Shown: positions 30,534 through 38,294 of the stretch, in pieces | Position numbering within the stretch: the first letter of the stretch is position 1 | How the letters are laid out: each line of letters opens with the position of its first letter | Source: Enterococcus phage VRE9_4 | Direction: 5' to 3' (one strand) | Length of the DNA: 64,000 nucleotides | Sequence record: PP680570.1 | Program-made: the position numbers and the translations under genes | Notes under the pieces: model-generated | Seen by the model: only the letters and a program-made list of their open reading frames with translations | What the model was told of the DNA's origin: nothing | Database searches by the model: none

Positions 30534-32122
30534 GCACTTTTTCGATCATCTACCGTTTGGTTACGACGCTTAACATTTTTTTCTGCTGCTTTTTGAACCT
30601 TAATAGAAGTAGCATCAATTCCAATAGGAATATTATTACTATCTGTAATAAACAAACCTTTACATCTACAAGTTCCCAAATCTACGTCGCACCACAATTT
30701 AACACCAGCATATTTACCTCGTCGTACTTTATAAAAGCTAATAATATAGTTTGGACGAAAATATCCTTGACTTACAAATGTTTCTACAGCTTGTTCATCA
30801 ATAGGTCTAATTTTAACTGCAATCATTCCTACATCAATACGATCCGCAATAGCTTTAGATCCTCGAAGCAAATTTTGATTAAGTTCTCCTTCAAGATAAT
30901 CTCCATTCACCTGAGTTCCTGACTCAATAAAAATTCCTAGTTGGTTTGCTAAATCTTTTAATTTAGTTGACAACATAAATAATACTTGGTCTTCACGTAA
31001 TTTCATACCATTTGAAATGGAAGCAATCTCTGCTAAAAATTTCATAGATGTATGAATATAATCAAAACGGAAATATTTAACATCATGTTCTCGATAATAT
31101 TTTCTAATAGTAGCTTCAATTTCTGTAACAGAGAAATCTGAAATAATTTCAAAATATAACGGAGCCTCAGACATAATTCTGGCTCCTTCTCTTAATACTT
31201 TTTCTTGGTCTTCATCAAATTTACCATCTAAAATGATATCTTCAGGAATTCCTGTAAGAAATGCTAATGCCATTGTTTGGCACTCTTCTGAATCTAACTC
31301 TGTAGAAATAAATAAAGAACCTTCTGCTTCTCCGTTGTCAACCCAAGCTTGTTTATGTTGGTCATAAATTACAGGAAAGGCAGAATAACAAGCTCGAGAC
31401 ATCATAATACGAGACTTCCCATTTCCTGTTGGAGCTGAGTACAAATAGAATTTACCTAACCGATCTCCACGAGTTATCGTATCCATCATTGTAATTGGAG
31501 AAGGTGAACCAAAATCTGGGGCTTCTTTAAAAGAATCAATTAAATTTAATAATCCTTCACCAGCTTGAATACTTTCAGAAGCTACATTACTTGCAGAAGT
31601 ATCCATAATATGTTGAATATTATCTGAAATTTCATTTGCCATATCCTTTAAAGAAGTATGTTCAAACCAATTTTGTTGGTAAGCAATTAATTCTTGATTT
31701 TCTGTATCCCAATCATAAAACTGTTTTACAGATACGCCATTTTTCTCAAGAGAGCGAAGTAGAGTTAATTTTTTAATTGTATCTAGGGCTGGCTCAAAAG
31801 CTGTTGGATCTCCTACTTGTGATAGTTTATCAAAGTAATATTCACCTTGTCGAGCATATTTCCCTTCAGCAATTTCTATCTCTTCATCAAATAAAGTATT
31901 AATTTGCGGACGACCTTGAATATAGCTTTCTATTACACCTAAGCTAAATTTTGGATGTCCCATTGAATATAAATTGTACATAATTGCATAAGAGACTTTT
32001 TGTAAACTATCAACAAAATCAGCTTCATTTACCGCAGCCATCTTAGGATGATCGAATAATGTTGGTTGTACATATAAAGCTCCTAATAACATATTAGCAA
32101 TGTCTTTACGATAATACTTCAT
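30527..32122 (-). CDS. Replicative DNA helicase (DnaB/gp41-like, RecA-fold)
   Basis: Walker A 'YSAPTGNGKSRIMMS'. Adjacent to primase. Confidence 0.7.
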   Translation of the reverse strand: MKYYRKDIANMLLGALYVQPTLFDHPKMAAVNEADFVDSLQKVSYAIMYNLYSMGHPKFSLGVIESYIQGRPQINTLFDEEIEIAEGKYARQGEYYFDKLSQVGDPTAFEPALDTIKKLTLLRSLEKNGVSVKQFYDWDTENQELIAYQQNWFEHTSLKDMANEISDNIQHIMDTSASNVASESIQAGEGLLNLIDSFKEAPDFGSPSPITMMDTITRGDRLGKFYLYSAPTGNGKSRIMMSRACYSAFPVIYDQHKQAWVDNGEAEGSLFISTELDSEECQTMALAFLTGIPEDIILDGKFDEDQEKVLREGARIMSEAPLYFEIISDFSVTEIEATIRKYYREHDVKYFRFDYIHTSMKFLAEIASISNGMKLREDQVLFMLSTKLKDLANQLGIFIESGTQVNGDYLEGELNQNLLRGSKAIADRIDVGMIAVKIRPIDEQAVETFVSQGYFRPNYIISFYKVRRGKYAGVKLWCDVDLGTCRCKGLFITDSNNIPIGIDATSIKVQKAAEKNVKRRNQTVDDRKSAF

Positions 32123-32126
32123 TTTT

Positions 32127-32309
32127 TTACTTCACTCCACTCATATCAATAGTAATTCTTTTAGTTTTATCTTCTTGTAAATCAGAAATAATTGTATCAA
32201 ACAATTTTTCTAAATCATCTTTTTCTTTTCCCTTAATAAAAATTAATTCTGTCTGATTTGTGTCTGCACTGATATCTTTTACATAAATCCGAAAACATTG
32301 CTTAAACAT
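32127..32309 (-). CDS. Hypothetical protein (60 aa)
   Basis: ORF tightly packed in the operon. Confidence 0.35.
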   Translation of the reverse strand: MFKQCFRIYVKDISADTNQTELIFIKGKEKDDLEKLFDTIISDLQEDKTKRITIDMSGVK

Positions 32310-32802
32310 TTTTATTTTCCTCCTCTGATAATAAAGAATCTAAATCAATTAATTTTTCTAGTCGTTTAGTTTTTTGTGGAGGAACAACAACCTCTTTTGT
32401 CTTATATTCTATTTTAGTAACCTGTTCTAAATGTTTTAGCCCTTTATAATAATCTCTTGCCTCATTATAAAAATAAGGAAGTAAAGCTATACCGCTTTCA
32501 GGGGTTAATCGTTTCTTTTTAATATCAATTAAATAATAAAGTGTTCCCAAGAGACCAGATTCAGTGTAATTAAATTTTTCAGTAAATTCTTTAATCTGTT
32601 TTTGAACGAGAGGATAATTAACCTTACCAGGCGTTAACTGTTCTAATAAATCAGTTATACCCGCTCTCTTGGCTCTTTCTTCCTGCATTGTATCATAACA
32701 AGTTTTATGATAATATCCTTTGGAAGTATGTTCAAACAGTTCTTCTTCCCTGCTAAAATGTTGTCTACAATATTGACAAATAACTTTTCTTTGTTTAGCC
32801 AT
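32302..32802 (-). CDS. Zinc-finger protein (CxxC...H...C), possible replication accessory factor
   Basis: N-terminus 'CQYCRQHFSREEELFEHTSKGYYHKTC'. Confidence 0.4.
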   Translation of the reverse strand: MAKQRKVICQYCRQHFSREEELFEHTSKGYYHKTCYDTMQEERAKRAGITDLLEQLTPGKVNYPLVQKQIKEFTEKFNYTESGLLGTLYYLIDIKKKRLTPESGIALLPYFYNEARDYYKGLKHLEQVTKIEYKTKEVVVPPQKTKRLEKLIDLDSLLSEEENKNV

Positions 32803-32810
32803 TATATGTA

Positions 32811-32852
32811 TCCTCCTTAAAAAAGAAAAGCGAGGAAGTTATTCCTCCTCGC
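32811..32852 (-). terminator. Hairpin GCGAGGAA...TCCTCGC + U-rich tract after Sak4-like gene
   Basis: 7-8-bp stem. Confidence 0.45.
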
Positions 32853-32866
32853 TCATCAAATTAATC

Positions 32867-33874
32867 TTATTGTTGTGAAGCAGCCAAATCTTTCAAGTTC
32901 GTAATTGCTAGATCTACTAATTCAGCTTGTTCAGGTGTAGCATCTGCTACTTTATTATCATGACCTAAAGCTTCATTTACAATTGTACGAATACGAGGAC
33001 CATAGAAATCAGCATTAGCTTCCATTAATTCTCCAGCAAGATTATTGAACGTTTCAATTAATTCTTCGATAGGAGTATCAATTTTATTGTATTTATGAAC
33101 TGTAGAAGAATTATCTGTTACAGAATCAACTCCAAATTGTTGCTCTAGGTGAGAAACTGCATCACTAATTGCTCCTACCAAATTATCATAATTAAATACA
33201 ATATAATCAGGAGTACTATCAAAACGAGAACCAGCGACAAAACGAGGTGTTCCTCGCATATATAGACGAGTTTCCAAACCTTCTTCTGTATTTACTGCTC
33301 GTGAATAACCAATAATATCAGCCATACGAGTGATAATTTTATTACCACGTTTATCTAATGTTGGAATAATTTGGTTATATTCTTCACCAGATTCATCTTT
33401 AAAGACTTTATCTTGAGAATGAGAAATCATAACTAATCCATAATCTTCAGCCATGATAGAACGTAATTGTTCATCAAATTCTTTTTCTACTAATTGATAT
33501 CCTTTACCATAAGGTAATTTCTTTTGATCTGCAATATCTGACGCACCATGTTGATTAACAATAAATTTTTCACATAGTCCGTATGCAATATCTACAGTAT
33601 CAATAATAATATTATCATACATTTCTTTGGCTTGATCTGTTTTTAACTGCCGTAGAACTTTTTTAAATTCAGACCAGCTGTTAATTGGCAAAGCTCTTAC
33701 ACCAGGAATTGCAGAATAACCTTTTTCAAAAGCCAATAGCAAAGACTTAGGAAATCGTGTTGCTGTAGTAGTTTTACCTGATTTAGGTTCTCCGTAAAAC
33801 ATTACTGCATATCCTTTTAAATCTTTAGAAACTTTATGAGGCTCAACATTAAAAATGTCAATTGTGTTTGCCAT
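32867..33874 (-). CDS. Sak4-like RecA-fold ATPase (phage recombination/annealing ATPase)
   Basis: Walker A 'FYGEPKSGKTTTA', Walker B 'IIIDTVD'. Sits next to a putative SSB. Confidence 0.55.
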   Translation of the reverse strand: MANTIDIFNVEPHKVSKDLKGYAVMFYGEPKSGKTTTATRFPKSLLLAFEKGYSAIPGVRALPINSWSEFKKVLRQLKTDQAKEMYDNIIIDTVDIAYGLCEKFIVNQHGASDIADQKKLPYGKGYQLVEKEFDEQLRSIMAEDYGLVMISHSQDKVFKDESGEEYNQIIPTLDKRGNKIITRMADIIGYSRAVNTEEGLETRLYMRGTPRFVAGSRFDSTPDYIVFNYDNLVGAISDAVSHLEQQFGVDSVTDNSSTVHKYNKIDTPIEELIETFNNLAGELMEANADFYGPRIRTIVNEALGHDNKVADATPEQAELVDLAITNLKDLAASQQ

Positions 33875-33970
33875 TGTATCACTATCCTTTTCTCTTTTTT
33901 TTATTTTATTTTATTAATGTTTCCAACTAGGAAGAGAAACCGAAGCTTCTCTTCCTAAGTAGAGCATTAA

Positions 33971-34849
33971 TTAGAATTCAAAAGTTTTTGCTCTATCAAC
34001 TTTTGGTGCTGTATCTTTTTTAGATGTGTCAGCTGCAAATCCACTTTTACGTTGTTGATTGTCTAAAGCTGCAATTGAAACTTCATAAGCTTTACGTCCA
34101 TCTTGAATTGTTTTAAATAATTCATCTGTGATTTCTTTTGGTTCAATAGCTGCACCAGTAATTACATTTTCTCGTTTTGTACTTTCAAAGATTTCAATAC
34201 GAGTATCACCAAACGCTGATTCTGTTTCACGTTCTTCGTGAATTAGATTATTAATCACTTTACCCCATACTTCAATCAAAACTGGGTTTGTTTGACTTGC
34301 GTCAAGCTGAACAAAATAGTCGTAAGCAGCTTCAGTTTCAATAATAAATTTAGCTGGGAAACAAACGTCACGATAATCAAAGATATTTGCATTCAATACA
34401 TATCGTCCAGTAGGCTCATCTTTATAAATTTCTTCTACAGGTTGAGCTGTTAACAACAAGTCTGTTGTAAATTCTGCTCGAGGAACGCCTGTGTTTCGAT
34501 CATTTAAGAAGCTTGCTCGAATTTGAGTTGCTTCAATTAAATCACCAGCTTGATTTTTAAAAGCACTTGAACTAATAGAAGTTGTCGTCATATAATTTTT
34601 CCCAATAAATGCTTCTGGATTTTGTAACCAATTGCTGATAGTTGCGAACTGTTGATTTGTAGAACCATCTTTGTTCAATTCACGATAAAAACCTTGAAGA
34701 TTTACAGATTGGTCTCCAGTATTCAAAGTTAATGATCCAACCATTGCATTGTAAGGTTCACCAGAGCTTTTATCTTTATACTCTTTAACTGCGAAATCGA
34801 AATCCTCTAATGTACCTGAAATTTTTACTTGATTTTTAAAAGTTGCCAT
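33971..34849 (-). CDS. Putative single-stranded DNA-binding / annealing protein (gp2.5-like C-terminal aromatic tail 'KTFEF')
   Basis: Recombination-module position and C-terminal tail only. No clear motif. Confidence 0.3.
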   Translation of the reverse strand: MATFKNQVKISGTLEDFDFAVKEYKDKSSGEPYNAMVGSLTLNTGDQSVNLQGFYRELNKDGSTNQQFATISNWLQNPEAFIGKNYMTTTSISSSAFKNQAGDLIEATQIRASFLNDRNTGVPRAEFTTDLLLTAQPVEEIYKDEPTGRYVLNANIFDYRDVCFPAKFIIETEAAYDYFVQLDASQTNPVLIEVWGKVINNLIHEERETESAFGDTRIEIFESTKRENVITGAAIEPKEITDELFKTIQDGRKAYEVSIAALDNQQRKSGFAADTSKKDTAPKVDRAKTFEF

Positions 34850-34895
34850 AATTTAATTTCCTCCAATATTTGTTTATCTTTTATATTATATTAAT

Positions 34896-34924
34896 ATTAT
34901 AACCTATTTAACTAAAAAAGTCAA
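34896..34924 (-). promoter_or_regulatory. Promoter TTGACT-17-TATAAT (putative SSB gene)
   Basis: TTGACTttttttagttaaataggtTATAAT. Confidence 0.5.
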
Positions 34925-34927
34925 ATT

Positions 34928-35329
34928 TTATTTTTTTGGACCAGACTCTTTCCATCGTTTTAAAGCTACTTGTAAACGATCATTAATTTCATATTCTTGA
35001 TAATATCTAACTCGTTTACAAACCATAATATCATTTCCTTTATATTCTGCTCCAAAAACTGGTGAACTATGTTTAAAAGATTCTTTGACTAAACCTTCTA
35101 AATCTTCACGACTAAATACTTTATAATATTTATCTAAAGCTTGCACAATACTTGTGTAGTCTTCCCAAGTCATCCCACCATCTGGACTAATTTGAACTCC
35201 TGTGGTATGAACACCTTTCTTGATTGGGAAAATTCCTTCCTTTTTAAGGAACGCATTTAAGTTTCGAGAAAAACTTTTAAAAATTTTCTTTTCTTGCTTT
35301 TCATTTTTTGTCATAATAAAATCCTCCAT
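34928..35329 (-). CDS. Hypothetical protein (133 aa)
   Basis: Own consensus promoter upstream. Confidence 0.4.
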   Translation of the reverse strand: MEDFIMTKNEKQEKKIFKSFSRNLNAFLKKEGIFPIKKGVHTTGVQISPDGGMTWEDYTSIVQALDKYYKVFSREDLEGLVKESFKHSSPVFGAEYKGNDIMVCKRVRYYQEYEINDRLQVALKRWKESGPKK

Positions 35330-35367
35330 AAATACTTTTTAATATTTCTTATTTAACTTTATAATTA

Positions 35368-35396
35368 ATTATATCATGTTGAACATAAAAAATCAA
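35368..35396 (-). promoter_or_regulatory. Promoter TTGATT-17-TGaTATAAT + TAATTATAAAGTTAAA leader (133-aa gene)
   Basis: TTGATTttttatgttcaacatgaTATAAT. Confidence 0.55.
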
Positions 35397-35400
35397 ATTT

Positions 35401-35655
35401 TTAATTAGGAATAACAGCTTTACCTACAATGGCTTTTCCAACCACTGCGTTTGTTGTATCCTCTGGAGCTCCATCATCAATTGTTCGTTCAACATATCTT
35501 GTTAAATCAATATCTTCACTCATTATTAAACCATGTTTTGGACAATATAGGTCTCCTGATTTATCGTCTAATTTGCGATATACATTTCTCATAATTCTTT
35601 CTTCATCATAACAAATTGGACAAAAATTGTCAAGATTCAAATTTACTTTCATCAT
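35401..35655 (-). CDS. Zinc-ribbon protein with C-terminal VGKAIVGKA tandem repeat (paralog of 50975..51190)
   Basis: 'CPICYDEE...CPKHG' ribbon. C-terminus 'NAVVGKAIVGKAVIPN'. Confidence 0.45.
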   Translation of the reverse strand: MMKVNLNLDNFCPICYDEERIMRNVYRKLDDKSGDLYCPKHGLIMSEDIDLTRYVERTIDDGAPEDTTNAVVGKAIVGKAVIPN

Positions 35656-35710
35656 AAAAGATTCCTCCTTTTCTTATCTTTATAATTTAAAAAGGAGAAA
35701 TCATCCATTA

Positions 35711-35911
35711 TTATTCATCGTCCTCAATAACTAATTCCAATTCACTAGGACTACAATTACAATATTGTTGGAAACCATGATATTTACAATTTAAAGTTTT
35801 TTCTCCATGCTCATTTTTTTCAGAATATAAACGAACTAATTTATCCTTTTCCTGCTTACATACTGGACAAAAATATTTTCTAGAATAATATCTAATCATA
35901 TTACTCACCAA
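35711..35911 (-). CDS. Small zinc-ribbon protein
   Basis: 'CPVCKQEKD...CKYHG...CNC'. Confidence 0.4.
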   Translation of the reverse strand: MVSNMIRYYSRKYFCPVCKQEKDKLVRLYSEKNEHGEKTLNCKYHGFQQYCNCSPSELELVIEDDE

Positions 35912-36161
35912 ATTCTCGTTTTAACATTAAATTAATTTGTTGAATATTAAAACCAGTTGTTAAAACTGTTCCATCTTCTCTCATTAGCACTGGTAATGAT
36001 AATACATTGCCTTTTTCTACTAATTCATTATATTTTTCTGGATCTTTTTCTTTATGAACACTTACGATATGCTTATTGTATTTTTGCATATTTTTAGTTT
36101 TTAAATAACCTTCCAATTGATTACAATATGGACAATTATCTTTTGATAGTTTATAAATCAA
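35901..36161 (-). CDS. nrdH: NrdH glutaredoxin-like protein
   Basis: 'CPYC' redox motif near the N-terminus. Adjacent to nrdI. Confidence 0.65.
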   Translation of the reverse strand: MIYKLSKDNCPYCNQLEGYLKTKNMQKYNKHIVSVHKEKDPEKYNELVEKGNVLSLPVLMREDGTVLTTGFNIQQINLMLKREFGE

Positions 36162-36170
36162 ATTATCTCA

Positions 36171-36671
36171 CTACTCCTTAATAAAATTATTAAACATTTC
36201 TAAATCTTCTTTATGCTCTTCTGGAATAAAAGTTAATTCAAACTTAATCTTAGGAATATCTTTCTCTAAAATAATTTGAATATTATCTAATGCTCCACAG
36301 AAATGAGTATAAATTGTAATTCCACTACCAAATAATAAAACTGGTTTGTTTATTAATACATCTCTATTAGAAATTACAAAAGATTTAATATTTTTAGGAA
36401 TCTTTCCATTACTCCATGTGTAAGTTCCTATAATTATTTTATCATATTCTTCTAAATTTGTCAAGTTATCTTTTGTATTTTTTATAATAAAATTAACATT
36501 TGGATAAGCCTTTACTATAAAATCAACAAAAGTTTTTGTATTCCCAGATAGACTCTCATAAACTACAAGCACTTTAGACCCAAGAGAGAGAGATTCTATA
36601 TGGGAAGGAATTGCTTTGGGAGGAGCTAATTTTACTCCACCCGTGCAAAATGTTTTTTCGTTATTATCCAT
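36171..36671 (-). CDS. nrdI: NrdI flavodoxin-like RNR stimulatory protein
   Basis: Flavodoxin-like 'VVYESLSGNT' FMN loop. nrdI-nrdF TAATG overlap. Confidence 0.7.
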   Translation of the reverse strand: MDNNEKTFCTGGVKLAPPKAIPSHIESLSLGSKVLVVYESLSGNTKTFVDFIVKAYPNVNFIIKNTKDNLTNLEEYDKIIIGTYTWSNGKIPKNIKSFVISNRDVLINKPVLLFGSGITIYTHFCGALDNIQIILEKDIPKIKFELTFIPEEHKEDLEMFNNFIKE

Positions 36672-37762
36672 TATAAATCATCCCAATTATTTTTGTCGTC
36701 TGTTGCTTTAGAATAATTTACTACACGATTTTCAAAGAAATCTGTTTTTGTATTATTGATATTATCTGAATCGTAAGTCTTAATCCAAATCATTGGATTA
36801 GTTAAAGCTTCAGTATAAACTTTGGTTAAGCCCAAGTTTTGCAACAGAATATTAGCACGCCACTCAATATAGTGTTCTAATTCTTCCATATCTAAAACAG
36901 CATAATCTTTATATAAATCTCGAGCTAATTCCTGTTCAGATTTAACTACCTTATCAAAGAACGCATAAACCCAATTACTAAAATCTTCACTCTCTTGGGG
37001 TGAAAGATGTAATTCAGACATAATTTGTCGTACAACTAACGTTTGGAAATAACTATGTTGTACTTCATCACGTTGGATCAACTGAATAATTTGTCCTGTC
37101 CCCAACATTTTTTTGTTTCGGTTTAATAAATAGAATGGAGTAAATCCATTTGTAAACCTAATACCTTCAAGTGCTGCCATAGCTGCTAAGGCTTTAGCCA
37201 TATTTAGCTTTGTTGGAGTTTCTAGAAAAGTTTCAAATGTATCCAAAATCATTTCACTTGAGCCAAGAATATATTTATCTGTTTTAGGGATTTCAAATAC
37301 TTCTTTCGCTTCTTCTTTCGTCATAAAAGTAGTAGCAATATAAGTATAACTTTCATTATGAATTGATTCTTGAGAAGCGATATAAGCCATAATAGCTTTG
37401 ATAGCAGGATTTTTAATATATGCTGCCAATTGACCGTCAATAACAGTAGAAATAGAATCTAGTAATACTAATTGAGAAATAGCTCGTTTATAGAAAGTTT
37501 TTTCAATGTCGCTCATATTATCTCGCCAATCTCTACTATCAGTATTTAACCCTACTTCTTGAGGAATCCAAAAATTTTGTTTTAGTTCTGAATATACATC
37601 ATACCATACAGGATTTTGTTCGTCCCAATATAATAATCCAGAGTGTTCTCCAAAAATTGATTCATTTGTATTTTCTGCATCTTTATTAAATAGTCTAATA
37701 TGTTTTTCTAACATTAAAATCTTCTCCTTTATGTTACTATGAATGATTTGTCCATTCATCAA
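36671..37762 (-). CDS. nrdF: Ribonucleotide reductase class Ib beta subunit (NrdF)
   Basis: 'NFWIPQEV', iron ligands 'QESIHNESY', 'ALEGIRF', 'RDEVQHSYF'. Real start may be a downstream Met. Confidence 0.8.
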   Translation of the reverse strand: MMNGQIIHSNIKEKILMLEKHIRLFNKDAENTNESIFGEHSGLLYWDEQNPVWYDVYSELKQNFWIPQEVGLNTDSRDWRDNMSDIEKTFYKRAISQLVLLDSISTVIDGQLAAYIKNPAIKAIMAYIASQESIHNESYTYIATTFMTKEEAKEVFEIPKTDKYILGSSEMILDTFETFLETPTKLNMAKALAAMAALEGIRFTNGFTPFYLLNRNKKMLGTGQIIQLIQRDEVQHSYFQTLVVRQIMSELHLSPQESEDFSNWVYAFFDKVVKSEQELARDLYKDYAVLDMEELEHYIEWRANILLQNLGLTKVYTEALTNPMIWIKTYDSDNINNTKTDFFENRVVNYSKATDDKNNWDDL

Positions 37763-37940
37763 TTGAATCTAACCATTCAGAAAAATCATTTGTCATTCGA
37801 TTTTCATCAGCAATAAAACAATCATGAAGATAGCTAATAACTTCATCTTCAGTTTTGTACCCTTTACTTTCAGCTTCCTCAGTAAGGTCATATAAATTTT
37901 GATATAAGACCTTACCATTTTCTGTAAATTTTGCTTTCAT
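37737..37940 (-). CDS. Hypothetical small protein
   Basis: ORF between nrdE and nrdF. Confidence 0.35.
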   Translation of the reverse strand: MKAKFTENGKVLYQNLYDLTEEAESKGYKTEDEVISYLHDCFIADENRMTNDFSEWLDSIDEWTNHS

Positions 37941-37943
37941 TTT

Positions 37944-38204
37944 TTACAAATCCTTTACATTAAAATGAATGTTCTTTTGCTTCTTATAAGCATCTAAATA
38001 AATTTCTTTTTTATCTCCATTTAAGGTTACTTCATAGTACATACCATCAGAAATTGCTGTAGACAAAAGTAATTTACTATTTTGTAATACCTTTGTACTC
38101 CAGACAATATACACATCTTCTAAGGTATAGTCTCCTTCTAAATTTTCATTAGAATAATCTAAGACCAATTTTTTAGCTGCCTCTACAAATAATTCATGTT
38201 TCAT
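37944..38204 (-). CDS. Hypothetical small protein
   Basis: ORF with consensus promoter upstream. Confidence 0.35.
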   Translation of the reverse strand: MKHELFVEAAKKLVLDYSNENLEGDYTLEDVYIVWSTKVLQNSKLLLSTAISDGMYYEVTLNGDKKEIYLDAYKKQKNIHFNVKDL

Positions 38205-38237
38205 TTTATTTCCTCTTTTCTTTAACCTTATATATTT

Positions 38238-38266
38238 ATTATATCATAATAAATAAGGAATTTCAA
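38238..38266 (-). promoter_or_regulatory. Promoter TTGAAA-17-TGaTATAAT overlapping nrdE terminator loop
   Basis: TTGAAAttccttatttattatgaTATAAT. Confidence 0.5.
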
Positions 38267-38280
38267 ATAAGAAATTCCTT
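38245..38280 (-). terminator. nrdE terminator AAGGAATTTC-aaataa-GAAATTCCTT
   Basis: 10-bp stem. Confidence 0.5.
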
Positions 38281-38294
38281 ATTTTAATTTTATA

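Noticed and set aside
30521-30922. 133-aa + strand ORF antisense to the DnaB-like helicase gene, and many other 60-115-aa ORFs on the non-coding strand (e.g. 2111-2305, 6924-7181, 24534-24731, 26169-26505, 27554-27754, 28315-28512, 29234-29565, 35429-35611, 41416-41757, 42775-43002, 43272-43808, 47466-47693, 49994-50302, 51935-52171, 55942-56124, 56779-57141, 57780-57974, 58919-59176, 59792-60055)
   Set aside because: They are fully embedded antisense in well-supported genes of the dominant strand block, have low-complexity or AT-codon-driven compositions and lack RBSs. Typical spurious ORFs of AT-rich DNA.
33915-33956. Hairpin AGGAAGAGAA...TTCTCTTCCT after the putative SSB gene as a terminator
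   Set aside because: 10-bp stem is real, but it is not followed by a U-tract on the - strand. Possibly an RNA stability element rather than a terminator.
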